Below are positions 36,176 to 50,088 of a stretch of DNA of 64,000 nt, piece by piece. Within the stretch, counting starts at the first letter, position 1. Every line of letters starts with the position of its first letter. The stretch lies in assembly GCA_024137785.1 (NCBI GenBank), contig JAHRHZ010000019.1, positions 28,924,293 to 28,988,292 of the forward strand, written 5' to 3'. The notes under the pieces are model-generated. The model worked only from the letters and a program-made list of their open reading frames with translations, had not been told where the DNA came from and searched no databases. Made by a program: the position numbers and the translations under genes. This DNA comes from Ginglymostoma cirratum. Lineage: Eukaryota.

Positions 36176-36986
36176 GCGGGTGGGAGCTACAGTAGGACTG
36201 GAACAAAAGCTATAGCAGACACTGCATGTTCCTTCTTCAAGACTACGTGAGCATTGACATGACCATGGAAAAGAGGCAGGCAGTTAGGGTGCCCAAACAC
36301 ACACCCTGAACTTATAATTGCTCACCTTACCTACTGATCCAGGAGAAAACCTATTAGAAATTTCCACAATTCATCTGCACCTTCTTTGCACCAGGACGAA
36401 AAACCAGAAGTGTGCAGCTAAAGTGGAGCCAGAAACTTTGGAGCAGGCATAATTTTATGGCGTCAAAAGACACTGAATGCTTTCCACTTGCACTCATTCC
36501 TTCCTCTTACCGATTGAAAATGAACATATTTTATACTTCTATTTTTCTCATGGCGATTGTGTTGTGACTAATTAGGATTTTACTACAGCTGGTATTTTCA
36601 ATGAGGTGAAAGAGGCATGGATGAATTAATGAACTGATGGAATTAGGAATGAGACACTGCTGTTAATGTTAGGTCATTATATTGTTTGAATCTTGTGTGT
36701 TAATTCAGCTTTCTATTCAAGACACCACCTACTTAAATTTTCAAACATACATCATTCCCACATTTGAAGGTAAACTTCCCTCATGTCAACTGGACAAACA
36801 GAAACATGCAAGTCATGGGAAAATAAACTCTCTGGTTTTACAAAGTTTTCCACCTAAAGGTCTGGATGGGAAATATTAGACTTCGATGTGAACTAAAGCT
36901 GCCATTTGAGTTTGGGGCCTTTAGTCAAGCTACAGAAGTAACATTACTTCATTTGAAGCAAGTAATTCCACTCCCGTACATCTCAG

Positions 36987-37778
36987 ATGTCCTCATTCTT
37001 CAAGGACCGCAACTTCCCCCCCGCAGTGGTCGAGAACGCCCTCGACTGTGTCTCCCGCATTTCCCGCAACTCATCCATCACACCCCGTCCCCGCAATAAT
37101 AACCAGAAAAGAATCCCCCTTGTCCTCACGTACCACCCCACCAACCTCCGGATCCAACGCATCATCCTCTGACACTTCCGCCATCTGCAATCCGACCCCA
37201 CCACCAAAGACATTTTTCCCTCCCCACCCTTGACTGCTTTCCGGAGGGACCACTCCCTCCATGACTCCCTTGTCCGCTCCACACTCCCCTCCAGCCCCAC
37301 CACACCCGGCACTTTTCCCTGCAACCGTAGGAAGTGCTACACCTGCCCCCACACCTCCTCCCTCACCACAATCCCAGGCCCCAAGAAGACTTTCCACATC
37401 AAGCAGATGTTCACCTGCACATCTGCCAATGTGGTATACTGCATCTGCTGTACCCGTTGTGGCTTCCTCTACATCGGGGAAACCAAGCGGATGCTTGGGG
37501 ACCGCTTTGCAGAACACCTGCGCTCAGTTCGCAACAAACAACTGCACCTCCCATTTGCAAACCATTTCAACTCCCCCTCCCATTCCTCAGACGACATGTC
37601 CATCCTGGGCCTCCTACAATGCCACAATGATGCCACCCGAAGGCTGCAGGAACAGCAAATCATATTCAGCCTGGGAACCCTGCAGCCCAATGGTATCAAT
37701 GTGGATTTCACAAGCTTCAAAATCTCCCCTCCCCCAACCGCAACCCAAAACCAGCTCAGCTCGTCCCCGCCTCCCTAA
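36987..37778 (+). pseudogene. PLE polyprotein C-terminus: GIY-YIG endonuclease (in-frame stop at 37170-37172)
   Basis: FPCNRRKCYTC...NVVYCICCTRCGFLYIGETKR...RFAEH...LQPNGIN. Confidence 0.9.
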
Positions 37779-38044
37779 CCTGTTCTTCCTCTCACCTATC
37801 CCCTCCTCCCACCTCAAGCCCCATCTCCTATCTACTAACCTCATCCCGCCCCCCTGACTTGTCCGTCCTCCCTGGACTGACCTATCTCCTCCCTACCCCC
37901 CCACCTACACTCACCTTTACTGGCTCCATCCCCGCCTCTTCGACTTGTCTGCCTCTTCTCCACCTATCCTCTCCTCTATCCATCCTCTATCCGCCTCCCC
38001 CTCTCTCCCTATTTATTTCAGAACCCTCTTTCCCTCCCCCATTT

Positions 38045-38072
38045 CTGATGAAGGGTCTAGGCCCTAAACGTC
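38045..38072 (+). ncRNA. Minimal hammerhead motif, core mutated (GAAA to UAAA)
   Basis: CUGAUGA-AGGGUCUAGGCCC-UAAAC-GUC. Confidence 0.6.
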
Positions 38073-40789
38073 AAGCTTTCCTGCCCCTGTGATGCTGCTT
38101 GGCCTGCTGTGTTCATCCAGCTTCACACCTTGTTATCTCGGATTCTCCAGCATCTGCAGTACTTATCATCTCTAATACTTCTTCTTTAGCATTTTTCCTT
38201 TCACATGACTATATGCTTCAGTTGGCTACATTGCCCTTACCCAGATTTCTATAATGCTGACCATTTGTGCTGTGAAGTGGGAAACAAACAGCCCTGGAAA
38301 GTTTCATCAAAGCATTAAACATCAAGATGTTGATGCCTTGCATTGTTAGCTTAAGATCTTGTACAATTAACTATCTACTACATTATTAGCGCCATCACTA
38401 AGCTGCAAGAACACATATATCTGTTTTTGTCTATTTTCTGACAGACATTGAGATTTTTTTTCCTGAGTATCACTGGAGGCTTTGAAAATGTATCTGAAAT
38501 TGACAAAGTATTTGTACAGATGTGCATTTTGGTGATGGGGGAGGGTGGGAGAAGTGGGGTGATAAGTACAGTCAGGTACAGAGCAGGATATCAATTGAAT
38601 AATGATTACAAGTGAACTCACTGTGGTGCAAGCACCTGTTGTTTAACTGAAGGAATGTCCTTACTAGGCCTTGAAGCCCAGCTTTGTTTCTTTTTTGTCT
38701 TCGTTCTTTAGCTGGTGTACAGATTACACTGAGGGCACAGGGGAACAGCCGTTTATATGCTTTGTGGTCAGTACTCTGGGGATTATCTCCAAGTCAATGT
38801 TTATGGAGTGCCGCAGCTAACACTGCCCAGATGCTCTATCTGTGGGAAACCCTGAAACCACACTACACTAGGCTTGCGGTGTTGTCAGGGATAAATACTC
38901 TTTCCTATTCAGGCCGTTTGTATATACTCAAGTTTTTTTCACACCAACTGAGTGAGCGTAGTGGCAGTTAAGGCAGATGCAAACATAGCACTACCGGTGA
39001 AATGCCTTACAGATGTTTGAGGTTACCAGTTCTTCAGGTTATTAGAATCCAGAATTGGGATTTGAAGCCCTGATGGGAGGTGTATTTTTGCCCCTGTTAT
39101 TTGCTGTCATGTGGGTTTACAGAATGCAGTGGAGGTGCAGGGAATTGCTTCAACCACATAAGGCAAAGTTTCACACAGAAGTCTAGACCACAACAGGATC
39201 TGGAAAAAGAGACCAGTCATTCTTAGCTCACACACAAAAAAACCTAACTGTTTACTTCCCTTTCAGGAGCTATAATTAAGATCACCAAAGCTTCAGTAAA
39301 GGCATCAAGACCCTACCTGAAAGCTACTTTCTCTTCGTACTTGCAGCAGCATTAGTATTTTAGCAGAAGTTGATCTTTCTCATTTGATTGTCCTTGAAAT
39401 TTTAATGTTACCAACTACCTAGGCATCTGCACAAATTTAAAGGCTAATCTCCATGATTCTGTTGAGAACAATCCTACACAACAATCAGAAGGGTGGTGAA
39501 CTATTGACACAATTCTTCAAATACAGGGAGCAACGAATGGTTCATTTTAAGTTGCCAATGTGCATTGGAACCCTGAGCAAGCCTTGGTCCATGTTCATTC
39601 ATAGAATTTTCAAGGAAGTTCAAACTTTCGACTTCCAGTTTAGTCAGCTCGGACTGCTGCCTGATTCTTTATGGCAATGGGATCAGCTGGCCACAAACCA
39701 CGGAGACTTGGGCTGTTTGCCCTGAACTTATCCTGGTTTTTAAGTGAATTTCCTAAAGAGATTTTGCCAGTAGTTAAGGCCTGTTCACAGACGGAGCTCG
39801 AAGCAATTCAGCTGGAGTGTCAAAACACATCAACAACCATGGCAACCCCTGGCTATGGTCATCTCACCACCTAGCAATATTCATTCACCACCTGCCTGTC
39901 TTCCAAACAATGCTCATCCCTTCCCAACAATGTTCGGCCCTTATCCCAGCTTCTCAACAATGTTCATTACCCTCTTGAAATTTTATTCTTGGCATTATTT
40001 GGCTAATGCATAATATTTACAGAATCTGTTGAGGTAAGGAAAACACTAACGCTAATAGGAAAATCTTACCACAAGGTTGTCTTGGGTAGTTGCAATGTTG
40101 TGAAGTCTAAGCACAGTTGATCCTTGCTGGGTCTTGACTCAGGCCTGTAATACTCTGGATGTCATGTATTGACTTAAGTTTAGTCATATTAATCCCTGCC
40201 ATACTGCTGTGCCCTCCGTTTGGTTATGCCCTGGTATAGCCTCTGGTTGCACCTTTGGAGCCAAATTTCTTGGGGCAGTGGATCAGCTTCCTTTTGTACT
40301 GCATGTCTTGCACTGAAATTGGAATTTGGAGTGTCTTTGCAGTGGGTGTATTGGACTGCACTTGCCACAACTTGCTTTCTTTTTATATCCTGGCTACAGT
40401 GTCTAAATTGTTTACTCACCTTATGCTTACAAGTGCTGTTAGACTTGTATTTTCAGCCATTAGCTAACAGTGAATCAATGCCATGCAAGAGAGAAGTCAG
40501 GTGGTGTGGTGTAGTGATCTTAGTGAAGTTATGAATAGTTAGTCTGAGACTCTTCTGGGCACTAAGAGATTGCAAAAAGTCTTGGTTCAGCTCAGACATT
40601 TGCCAGGAAGAAGAATGAAGTCGGTGGTTAGGAAGTAAATTTTATAGTTGCCAGCACAGCATTTCAGAATCTGGGACCAGATATCTGGGCTGTCCCATCA
40701 TGCACTTAGTTTAGTGATGTTATAATCCATAGCCTTGCTCTTTGTTCCTGTGTCAGCTGTACCGAGTTTACAGAAATCCTGGCTTCATG

Positions 40790-42295
40790 AACCTTACTGA
40801 TAAAAATGGCTGCCGGCCCTATCAATTTTTGGTCTGAGTGCTGAATTGGGATTTCGGCCAAGCAACCGAGGAAGCCTAGGGGGAAAATATGCCCCAGGAC
40901 TCTATTGTTATGGTCAAAGCCTAAAAATAAAGAAGAAAACATAAAACATTTTTCCCCCTTGCTCCTCTTCATCTCCCCATATTTCCCATGTCCAATCAAA
41001 GCTACCCTGTGTCCCTTTGCCTATTTTCATGGCCCCCTCTCATACACCCTATGCAAGTCTACCCATCTCTGATATCCCCTAAAATACCCTGTGCAACTAA
41101 ACACATCCGTCATGGGCCATCATAGCCCCTGAGGTACTCTATGCCAATCTATCTTTCCTCTGTGCCACCCAAAGTCCATCCACCTAACCCCAATTATGAG
41201 AAAAGATATTCAATATATTCAAAAACATTTAAATAAACTGAATTTTCTTCAAATAATCTCTTACAAGAATGAACATTTTACTTAAATATTTAATCTCTCA
41301 AATAAGTAATCCTTCACATAAACAAACATTTCCATTAAAAAAGCAATTGGACCTGTCCATCAAAAAGCTCTCCTGCTAGTCCCCAAAAAGCGAGAAATAG
41401 AAATCATTCCTCCAGTTCTCACCCCTCACATTGCCCTTACTTCACACACTCCCCATTCTTCAGCCATGTCAACTTATGCAGCCTATGCCTTAGGCCCATC
41501 CCCACATAACTCCCCACATCCCACTTACCCTATACAGGGCTCCTCTACCTATCCCCATGACACCCTATACCCTATTACAACTTCATGCGTACTCCACTCA
41601 TCACACAATTTCCCCTTCTTGACAACTCATTGAATATCCACAAGTACCCATGCACGTAGGACATACATAGTTCTAATAGCTAAAGTCCTATATTGCGGAC
41701 TACACTCTTTTAGGGACAAGGTCTCTCATTCATAAAAGAAAAAAACATTTGACACTTCCTGGCAGTTCTTTACTGGTCAACACTTGTTGATACTTCTTGA
41801 CACCTTTTGACAGTTCATTACAGGTCTTCACAATTTGAACAATTGCATGGGGTTTATGTACATTTACACACAATCTTTTGCACAATTAACAGTCCCAAAA
41901 GGGACCCTAACCTCGCCCCAAAACCTCCTTGAACTCCACCCCAAATTGTTCTGTAATCATATCTGCATGGATATCTCAGTCTTCCTGGTAGTATCCTGGC
42001 TATCCAAAAACAAAAAGCACTGAGAGCAGGTCTGCTCCTACCTGGTCTTATCGCCACACATTGGGTTCCAGTGACCAACATTTGATCTCAGTGGAAGTAG
42101 CTGGTCACTGAAGTAGCTGTGCCTGAGAACTGTGCATGTTTGAACGATGGCCTGTAACCATCACCACCCCTTCAGCAAATGCCACCCTGCAGAATTGAGG
42201 GATGCTGGGTTTGGGAGCAAGACTTGAAATTCCTCAATTCTTGTGGCATTTTTGCTGTGGCAGAGACACTTGGCCATGGTAAAAACCTAGATCTA
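40790..42295. repeat. Unclassified repeat with C-rich strand-biased blocks
   Basis: Two C-rich low-complexity blocks (about 40950-41190 and 41410-41650) alternating with A-rich blocks. Confidence 0.3.
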
Positions 42296-43399
42296 TATGT
42301 TTGCTACAAAATTTGAGGAAAAATGTTAAAGTAAACTTTGTAGGGAATTACCCTGTGAAAACATTTGTTACTCACAGATATGGCCATAATGCTGCTCTGA
42401 AGGGGAATTGCAGCTTGTAAAATGTCTTCCAATGATTTTTTTTTATAAGCAACTTGTATGATGCATCCTACTGCTTTTAAAATTTATGACATGCCAGATG
42501 TTCACATTTTTGCAGTAGAGGTCAGTCACTGAAAGGTTGGATTTGTGTATCTCTGTTTACCACCACTTTTCACCCTTTTAGTTCGAGTCCAGAGTGCAGC
42601 GTATTGTATATAAACAAGTCTTTCTACATTACTGTAAGCACATCTGCCTCCTGCATTCCTTTCTCAGACGGGTGAGCTGGCTCCAATGATCTGCAAATGT
42701 TTTTCTTATCTAACTTCCAGGTATACTCCAAGAAAATTTTACCTTTGGTTTTTCTCCTTTCCTGATGGGTAACAACTTCCTCTTTAAAGAAACTGCAAGA
42801 GAGTGCTGAATGCGCAGACAAACAAATCACCTAACACAGTAATTGGGCAAGTGGATGTTCAGCACCAGCAAACTTGCCACTGTTCTAATCACCAAAAGCC
42901 TACTCTGAAGTTTTGTACAACAACTGGACTTTTCGATCCTGAGTCAATACCCACTGCCTCTTAATAAAATTATCTATGGTTTGTCATCTGAAATTTCTGC
43001 GCCAATGTGCGCAGTTTGTCTCAAGACACTTTCTTGGTGTAACATTTTGCAGATGTGAATATTTTTGCAGTTCTATCACCATGTAAAGTGTATCAACAAT
43101 GATGAAATGATCAAAATAGCTAAATTAGCAGAGGTATCTGAGCAGAACTCTAAGTATTGAACATGGGAAGCTAGCTCAGTTATCACTGTGTAAATTTGTT
43201 GCAATTCGTCATTTTCTACTGTTTCTGTATTTTTGGCAGGGATTCTTCTGAAAATCTTACAAATTGCAAATTATTTAGACCCAATTAAAATGTAGAATCT
43301 AATTTCAAAGCACAGAACAAGGAAATGTCTTGTCATCCTGCAGCAGAAGAGTTGAACTCAAAACTGTGTGTAGGTTTCAAATATTCTTAAACAATACAT

Positions 43400-43458
43400 T
43401 GCCCGAACGTCAGCCTTCCAGCTCCTCTGATGCTGCTTGGCCTGCAGTGTTCATCCAG
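43400..43458 (+). mobile_element. PLE terminal fragment
   Basis: gcccgaacgtcagccttccagctcctctgatgctgcttggcctg...ttatctc. Confidence 0.8.
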
Positions 43459-45394
43459 CTCTACACCTTGTTATCTCATTTGATATTGGGTGCAGGTTTA
43501 GAGAGGAAATCCACATATAGCTTAGATGGCTGAAGGTTTGCCAATCTGGAGGCTGGATTCTGGTTGGGAGGGATGGGGTGTAGTATTGGTGGAGGTCACA
43601 GATATCCACTTAAAAGGAACAAGGCTTTGGATATTTATCGTGAGGGTGATAACTTTAAATCACAGGCACTGTGGGAAGAGGAGTCAGTGTGGTTTGCAAG
43701 GGCAAGTGTTAGTTCAATTGGTTACCAAAGTAACAAGTCAACTGTAGGCAAAATATTCAGACAGAGCCCTGATCATTATGTGGTGATCCTTGAGCAAAAA
43801 TTCTTGATGAGGGATATCAGATTAATTTAGTATTTAACTTAACCATGATTTGCTTCCATTGCCGGATGGCTGACCATCATTTACTGTTTAGGATTACACA
43901 TAAATTTTAGCAATTTGAATAAAGTACTAAGAAGTTTTATAAAGACTGTGGCACCATATCCAGAAAAGTTCCATTAAGAGGGTAACGGAGAACGATGAAG
44001 TGAAAACTGGAAAGAAAAAGTATAATCTCTTTTCCAACAAATAAAATGTGACAGATGTGCTAAAGTAACCCAAGTGACTTTGAAGATTTAACAAGCAACA
44101 TGGTGCAATGTGACCTCTGCTGCTTTCCACCAGCCAAAAATTCAAAGATGAAATTCTATTTGACCCAAAACAGCAGGTAAATCCTCAAAGAAAAACAGCA
44201 ATGATTTTAAAAGCTGCAGCACAATGGCAATAAACTGGGCAAAGCCTGCACACAAAAAAGCCCTCCTACTTGCCAATAAATTCTTCACAATTTATTCAAT
44301 GTGTGGGAGCAATTTATTGGCTTGTAAAGCAAGGATCTGTTTGGTTATCACTTCAATGTTCTTTCTAACATCCAAAATATATATGTTAGCTATTACAATG
44401 CTTTTCTGGAAATGGATAATGATAGATATTAGTGCGCAGATTCTGGCAAGTGCAAGAAATAACTTTTTAAAACTCTTATTTATAAAAGATTTTGTCATTT
44501 TAACATGAATGTATTGATGCACTGTTCATTTTAAATCTAAAAACAGTTTTACCGAAGTCATACCTTCAATCTGGATAAACCATTCTAGTCTTTACAAACT
44601 ACTCGAATATGCAAAAGTCAGTAATAAATTGACTCAACTTTTAGTAAATAAAATCATCAGCCAAAGTCAGTGCAATTAATTTTTTAGCTAATTATGTTGA
44701 GCTATGGTCTTTGCATTATTATGGAGCATTCTGTATTTCATTAACGTGGCTCACAATATTCTTCAAATAATCTGATATTTAAGTTTGAAGGGTGGAATGT
44801 TACTGGAAGAATGGTAACTTCAAGATTTTGTATTTTGATGGATATTTTAAGTAGCAACAAAACTACTTTAGAAGTCTTTTTTTTAATTGAGCATTCCACG
44901 TTAAGGTTCAAATACTCTTACATTTATTAACATAACAATTCAAATCAAGTGACTGAAAAGAGAAAAAATGGCCTTGTCAAACAAATGCTCAAAAACACAA
45001 AGTCCAAGTGGCAGTTGTGTGTTGCTGGTCTATCAATAACTTCACTACCACTCTCTGCAACATTTAGGAGAGCAACCGCAACTAATCAGTTTTCACTGCC
45101 TGAAGAGTATCAATTGCTTCTTTGTTCTATCAAGTGATTGAAAGCATATTCCTTTGAAAGAAGAAATGATTCAACAAAATGATCTAAAAAATCCAGGAGA
45201 AACTTTGTACAGTCTAGCCATTCTGAACACTCCACTTCCACACTAGTTCAGTGGGGAGGGTCAGGCTAAATGTAGTGTTAATATAGACCTTATTAGCACT
45301 CAGTACTATTGACAATACCAGGTACTTAAATATATATGTTGTCATAACTGGTGTAATGATTGTGAGAAACTTGTGTAGTATTGTGTTCCAGAAA

Positions 45395-45735
45395 CATGGC
45401 AAAACTTCCTTTTGTAAAGTACCTTGAACATATTCACTACTATATTGGCAAATTCAGTAATTACACATTAGCAAGATCACAAAAAAGCAATGAAATGAAC
45501 AGTTGATCTGTTTTGGTGTTGGCTGAGAGAAAAGATATGGTCAGGATACTGAGATAACTCTTTATCATCCTTCATTTGCTTGCATATTGTTGTAGAGTTC
45601 ATTATTCTTTGATAATTGTCTGCTCTTTAGCCCAAGACAGTGGAGCACCTCAAATCATGAGACTGGCTAACTCAGTATAGTCTGGGAATGGGACTTTCTG
45701 ATCTGTATTGCTTACATCATTACAATCTGAGCCAT
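45395..45735 (-). mobile_element. Decayed SacSINE1-type SINE
   Basis: agcaagatcacaaaaaagcaatg...tctgttttggtgttggctgag is the reverse complement of the Deu-SINE 3' body. Confidence 0.55.
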
Positions 45736-46599
45736 CAAGGAAGTAACCTTTGAGCATCGTAAGAGCCATAGGCACATAACTGGAACATAAGGAAGCACAG
45801 AGCAAAACAATTTTTTGACTCACCACCAAGTCTATGCATAGCTTAGTTACAATCACTCTATCAAAGGGCCACTTAGCTACTAAGGGAATGGGTTAGCAAG
45901 GGTTAGCAATCAGGAACTTTATTGTTGGATATTAACTTCTAGTAGTGTGATGCAGCCAAGATAATCCTCAATAAAAAAAATTGCGTCAGGGACTGCTGCA
46001 GATTATGCTGATTGATACTAGCAGGCAAATGAAGTGTTAATAAAGTTTGTTTTTTTTATTGCACCAATTGCTATTCCTGCTGTCTCATAGTTCTGCACAC
46101 ATGTCACTGCTGATACTAAAACCACACACTGATACACCACGTCTCTTTGAGTAAGACTGTTATTGAGCACCAGTGACTCATGGTCACATGAGCAGCTGTT
46201 GTCAATAGCAGCCTTGGGCTCTGTGACTGAGTGTCTTAGAAATGGTACTTCCTGCAGTAACACTACACAAATTATATTAGTGAATACTTTATTCACAAAA
46301 TATTTCCCTTTGAGATGACAGGTAGCCTAAAGAAGTGACAGAAGAATTATTTTGTTAGACTGATGCACTGTTGCCAAAAATGGTTATTAGCAAAAAAAGT
46401 AACATAAAATTGCTGCAGACATATATCAATCTTTTCAGAACACATGCTAGTATCACACTTATTGCTTACGTCTGGCACTCCTTCTCAATTCTTTCCATTT
46501 TGGTTATGTGGTAGCAAGGATGTTTTTCCTAGTTATTCTCTTAGGATTTGATGCCTGTATCAACAATGAAAAATGTTTGATTTTTTCACTGCATGTCAG

Positions 46600-46760
46600 C
46601 ATCAAACAGTGATTGAAGAGAATAGCATAGATGCCAGTAAGGGGAAGCTAAGTACAAGAGGGAGAAAGGAATAGAAGGACATGGAGACATGGCATAATGA
46701 GGAATGAGACTTTTTGGAGCATAAACACGGTATGGACCAATTGAGTTGAATAGTCTGTAA
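46600..46760 (+). mobile_element. CR1 tail remnant
   Basis: taaggggaagcta...ggagcataaacac...ggaccaattgagttgaatagtctgt. Confidence 0.6.
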
Positions 46761-47059
46761 ATAAAACTTCAATTTAGGTCATTTGGAGTTAAATTTGCTG
46801 ACATGGACCTCTGCCTACCAGTGTAATTTCCTTACACAAATGCATGTTAGAGAGAGGAAACTATAATACTGTCAAGTCAGGAGAGTATCTTGGGATATTA
46901 GGTTCATCTCAAAGCCAGCCTCCAGAAGTGAAGGAATTGTTCCAATTCACTGGAATGTTCAGAACCATTGTCTCACTTTTTAAAGGAAAGCACCATTTTG
47001 TTCTAATATCTGTATCTCTTTTGTTTTTATTAGTTTTTCATGTTTTAGTCTGCTGAAAG

Positions 47060-47450
47060 TGCTGGCTCTTCCCGTTATGCAGTCCCACAATGCCAGCAGT
47101 CCACTGTTACTTTGTCTGAGTGGCAATTTCTCATGCTTGTGTCTTCGCAATGAGTCTATTTGGGCTATGGGGGGCATTACAACAGAGCCCAAAGCAGTCA
47201 TTGAGGGAACTCTGCTTAATCACATTTATCAACTGATTATTACTTAACAGTGAGTAGATTGATTTTCCCCTCTGGAGGCTTGAGTTACATCTATTGTTCC
47301 CACACCAGTAATGCCATTGCACATCAAGGGGAGATGGTTAGATTCTCTATCGTTTAAGGAGCCATTACCTGACACTTGTGTAACACAAATATTACTTGCC
47401 AATTATCAGCCCAAGCTTGGATGTTGTCCACGTGTGGTTGCACTTGGATT
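47060..47450 (-). mobile_element. LINE family B RT fragment
   Basis: Reverse complement encodes DNIQAWADNWQV. Confidence 0.7.
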
Positions 47451-47829
47451 GGGGCTGATTGGACTTTCCCTTCTGGAGGACTGTGCTATATTTAATGTTC
47501 CTACAACAGCCTGGAAAAATTTAACTAAGCAAAGACTGATCACCTTTGTGGTCAGATTGCAGTTCAGTTCCATTCAATAACATTCAGTTAACCATTGAGT
47601 CATGACTAGTTCAAACAATTTGATTTTTGATTTTTCTGTTTGGATCATGTTGAAAATGGAAATATTAATTCTAAAGAACAACCATTTGCAGCACAGAAGA
47701 GAGCCTTTTGGCTTTTTGTTAGAACAAGCTAAAACACAGTTTACCACTTCCAATCACATTGTCTTTTCCACTGTTTCAAATATTAGTCCAATTCATCCAT
47801 TTGTTAAGCAAATTATTCAGTTGTTCTTG

Positions 47830-48530
47830 GAATCAATTGTTAAGCAAATAACAGCAGAACCTTTGGAAAATCATAATTTAATCAAACTCAGTCAGCTTGA
47901 CTTCATGTGGGAGTAATCATGTCTGACTAATTTAGTCGAGATTCTCATGGAAGTCTCAACCAGAGTGGATAGAGGGGAACCTGTAGATGTATTGTATTTG
48001 GACTTCCAGATTGTGTTCAACAAGGTACCTCATAAAAGGTTAATTATTTAGAGCCCACAGTGTTAGAGGTAACATACTGGCATGGATAGAAAACTGGCTC
48101 ATGGGCAGGAAACAGCGAGTGGGGTAAGGATTCTTTTTCAGGTTAGTAATCCTGTGGGGTTCCACTATGATCAATACTGGTACTACAACCATTTACAATC
48201 AATGCCTTAGAGGAAGGAAGTGAATGTACTGTAGCCAAATTTGCAGATGACATAAAAATAAGGGGAAATGCAGGCGGCAAGAGGGATATGCACAGTTTAC
48301 AGAGACATACTGATTGGTTAAGTAAGTGAGCAAAAAGTTGGAAAATCGAGTATAATGTGGGAAAATATGAAGTTGTTCATTTTTGAAGAGAGAGTAAAAG
48401 AACACTATTATTTAAGTGGAGAGAAACTGCAGAAAGCTGCAACACAAAGGGACTTGGAGTTACTTGTACACGAAACACAAAAAGCTATCAGAGATACAGC
48501 AGGTAATCAGGAAAGCAATGATGGCATACA
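47830..48530 (+). mobile_element. CR1 RT fragment
   Basis: VDVLYLDFQ, VAKFADDIKI and LQKAATQRDL motifs. Confidence 0.88.
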
Positions 48531-48579
48531 GGAACTTATAATCTTTATTTTGATTTCCCTCACGGCAGACATAGTTGAT

Positions 48580-48722
48580 AAACTAAAAAAAGAAAGAACT
48601 GCGGATGCTGTAAATCAGGAACATAAACAAAGTTTCTGGAAAAACTCAACACTGATGGCAGCATCCGTGAAAGAAAAAACAGAGTTAATGTTTTGGGTCT
48701 GGTGACCCTTCCTCAGAACTGA
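48580..48722 (-). mobile_element. Single-arm PLE terminus (family of the 50489 palindrome) with degenerate hammerhead
   Basis: Reverse complement ctgaggaagggtcaccagacccaaaacattaac at 48684-48716. Confidence 0.8.
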
Positions 48723-50088
48723 AGTTACAGATACTTGGGGATGCTCCTTGATAATCAACATGTGAGATGAGCATGAATGGTGTGAGAGAGGGTGTGCAGG
48801 CAGCTGAAGATCAGGCCTCCTGGGCTTAGGTGAAAGTTTGACAATCATGACAAAGGTGACAGAGGTGAAAGAGGTTACAATCAGCAAAGGGGATGCCAGA
48901 GGTGCTCTGGGGAGCATTGCTGCTCCTCTTGGATCACAAGGAGTGCTATAAAAAGCACTTAGAGTCTGAAAGCAGCAGCTGCCACCTCCACCCCCTTGGG
49001 ATCTTCTGAGCCCTGGGCAAGTCATCTCATACCAGTTAATTATAAATCAGACTTTCAATTATACTGTGGGAACCCAATTTAACAATGTTAATGGGGATTC
49101 CCTCCTCTCCAAGATAGGATATTTACATGTCTTTCTGCATGCTGTGTACTAATGACGACAGGGTTTTGGATTTATTCCTCAATTTTTATGGTTCAAGCCT
49201 CCTGTGATGCCTTCTCCTGCTCATTGTGGATGTGGGAATTCATATTCCCTTAACCCCGTGTTTTCTAACAAGCCTCTTGTTTAATGTTTTCTGACCATCC
49301 ACATACTTTACATGTACATACAGGATTCACTAATCAACCACTTCTTCAAAAGATTTCTGCTGAATTTATCAAATGCAAATTACTTTTAACAAATTTGTAA
49401 TTAATATTGGAATAGTTGTCATTGTTGCATCTTTTTCTTCCTTTTGTGAAATTATTATTTTGTTTGAGTTTTTAGACTGCAGGGGAAATATGAATTTTTT
49501 TTATTATTCCTATATTCCGTGGAATTCAAAGCAAAGATAGAATTTAAATGCAGGACATACTGTCCATGATATCACACTGAGCTCTTCTTTACTGCACTAC
49601 CACAACATTTTCTTCATCACACACAATGTAATGATCAGCTACATCACTAAAACATTACAGAAATTCTTCTATTCATGTCCAAACATCACCCCAACAACAC
49701 AAACATAACCTGAATCTAAAATTACAGATCAAATATTTGTAGGAAAAAAAATCAATAAATGACAGTATCAACAGAAAACAGGCCAGAACCTTATTGCATA
49801 TGGCATTTACTGTGCTAACATGTGACCATACTGTTCTTGGGTTGCTGAGTCAGACTCACAGAGTCCACAAATATGACAAACCACACGACTGATTCTGAGA
49901 TCTATCCCTGCAGAAATTGTTGAGGCTCAGCATTATTTTGAAGAAGTTCAAGCCTTTTTATTTTAAATTTCTAAATGGAGCCTTGAATCTGCTTCCAAAA
50001 TAGCGCAACCAATTGCAGGGAAAGCTGCAGGATAGAACCTACACTAGAACAAATTGATTTTGTATTGTAAAAACCAAAAGAACTGCGG

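Larger units (their letters stand above)
36966..38172 (+). mobile_element. Young 5'-truncated Neptune-type PLE
   Basis: RIPLVLTYHP RT/thumb end, Cys-rich linker, GIY-YIG domain, C/T-rich UTR and hammerhead-type terminus. Confidence 0.93.

Noticed and set aside
37048-37857. Overlapping Pro-rich and antisense ORFs (198 aa, 148 aa and others)
   Set aside because: Alternative frames of the C-rich PLE; only the GIY-YIG frame has recognisable motifs
40189-40534. Overlapping ORFs and a minus-strand AAG|GTGAGT donor
   Set aside because: No recognisable protein motif or convincing paired acceptor
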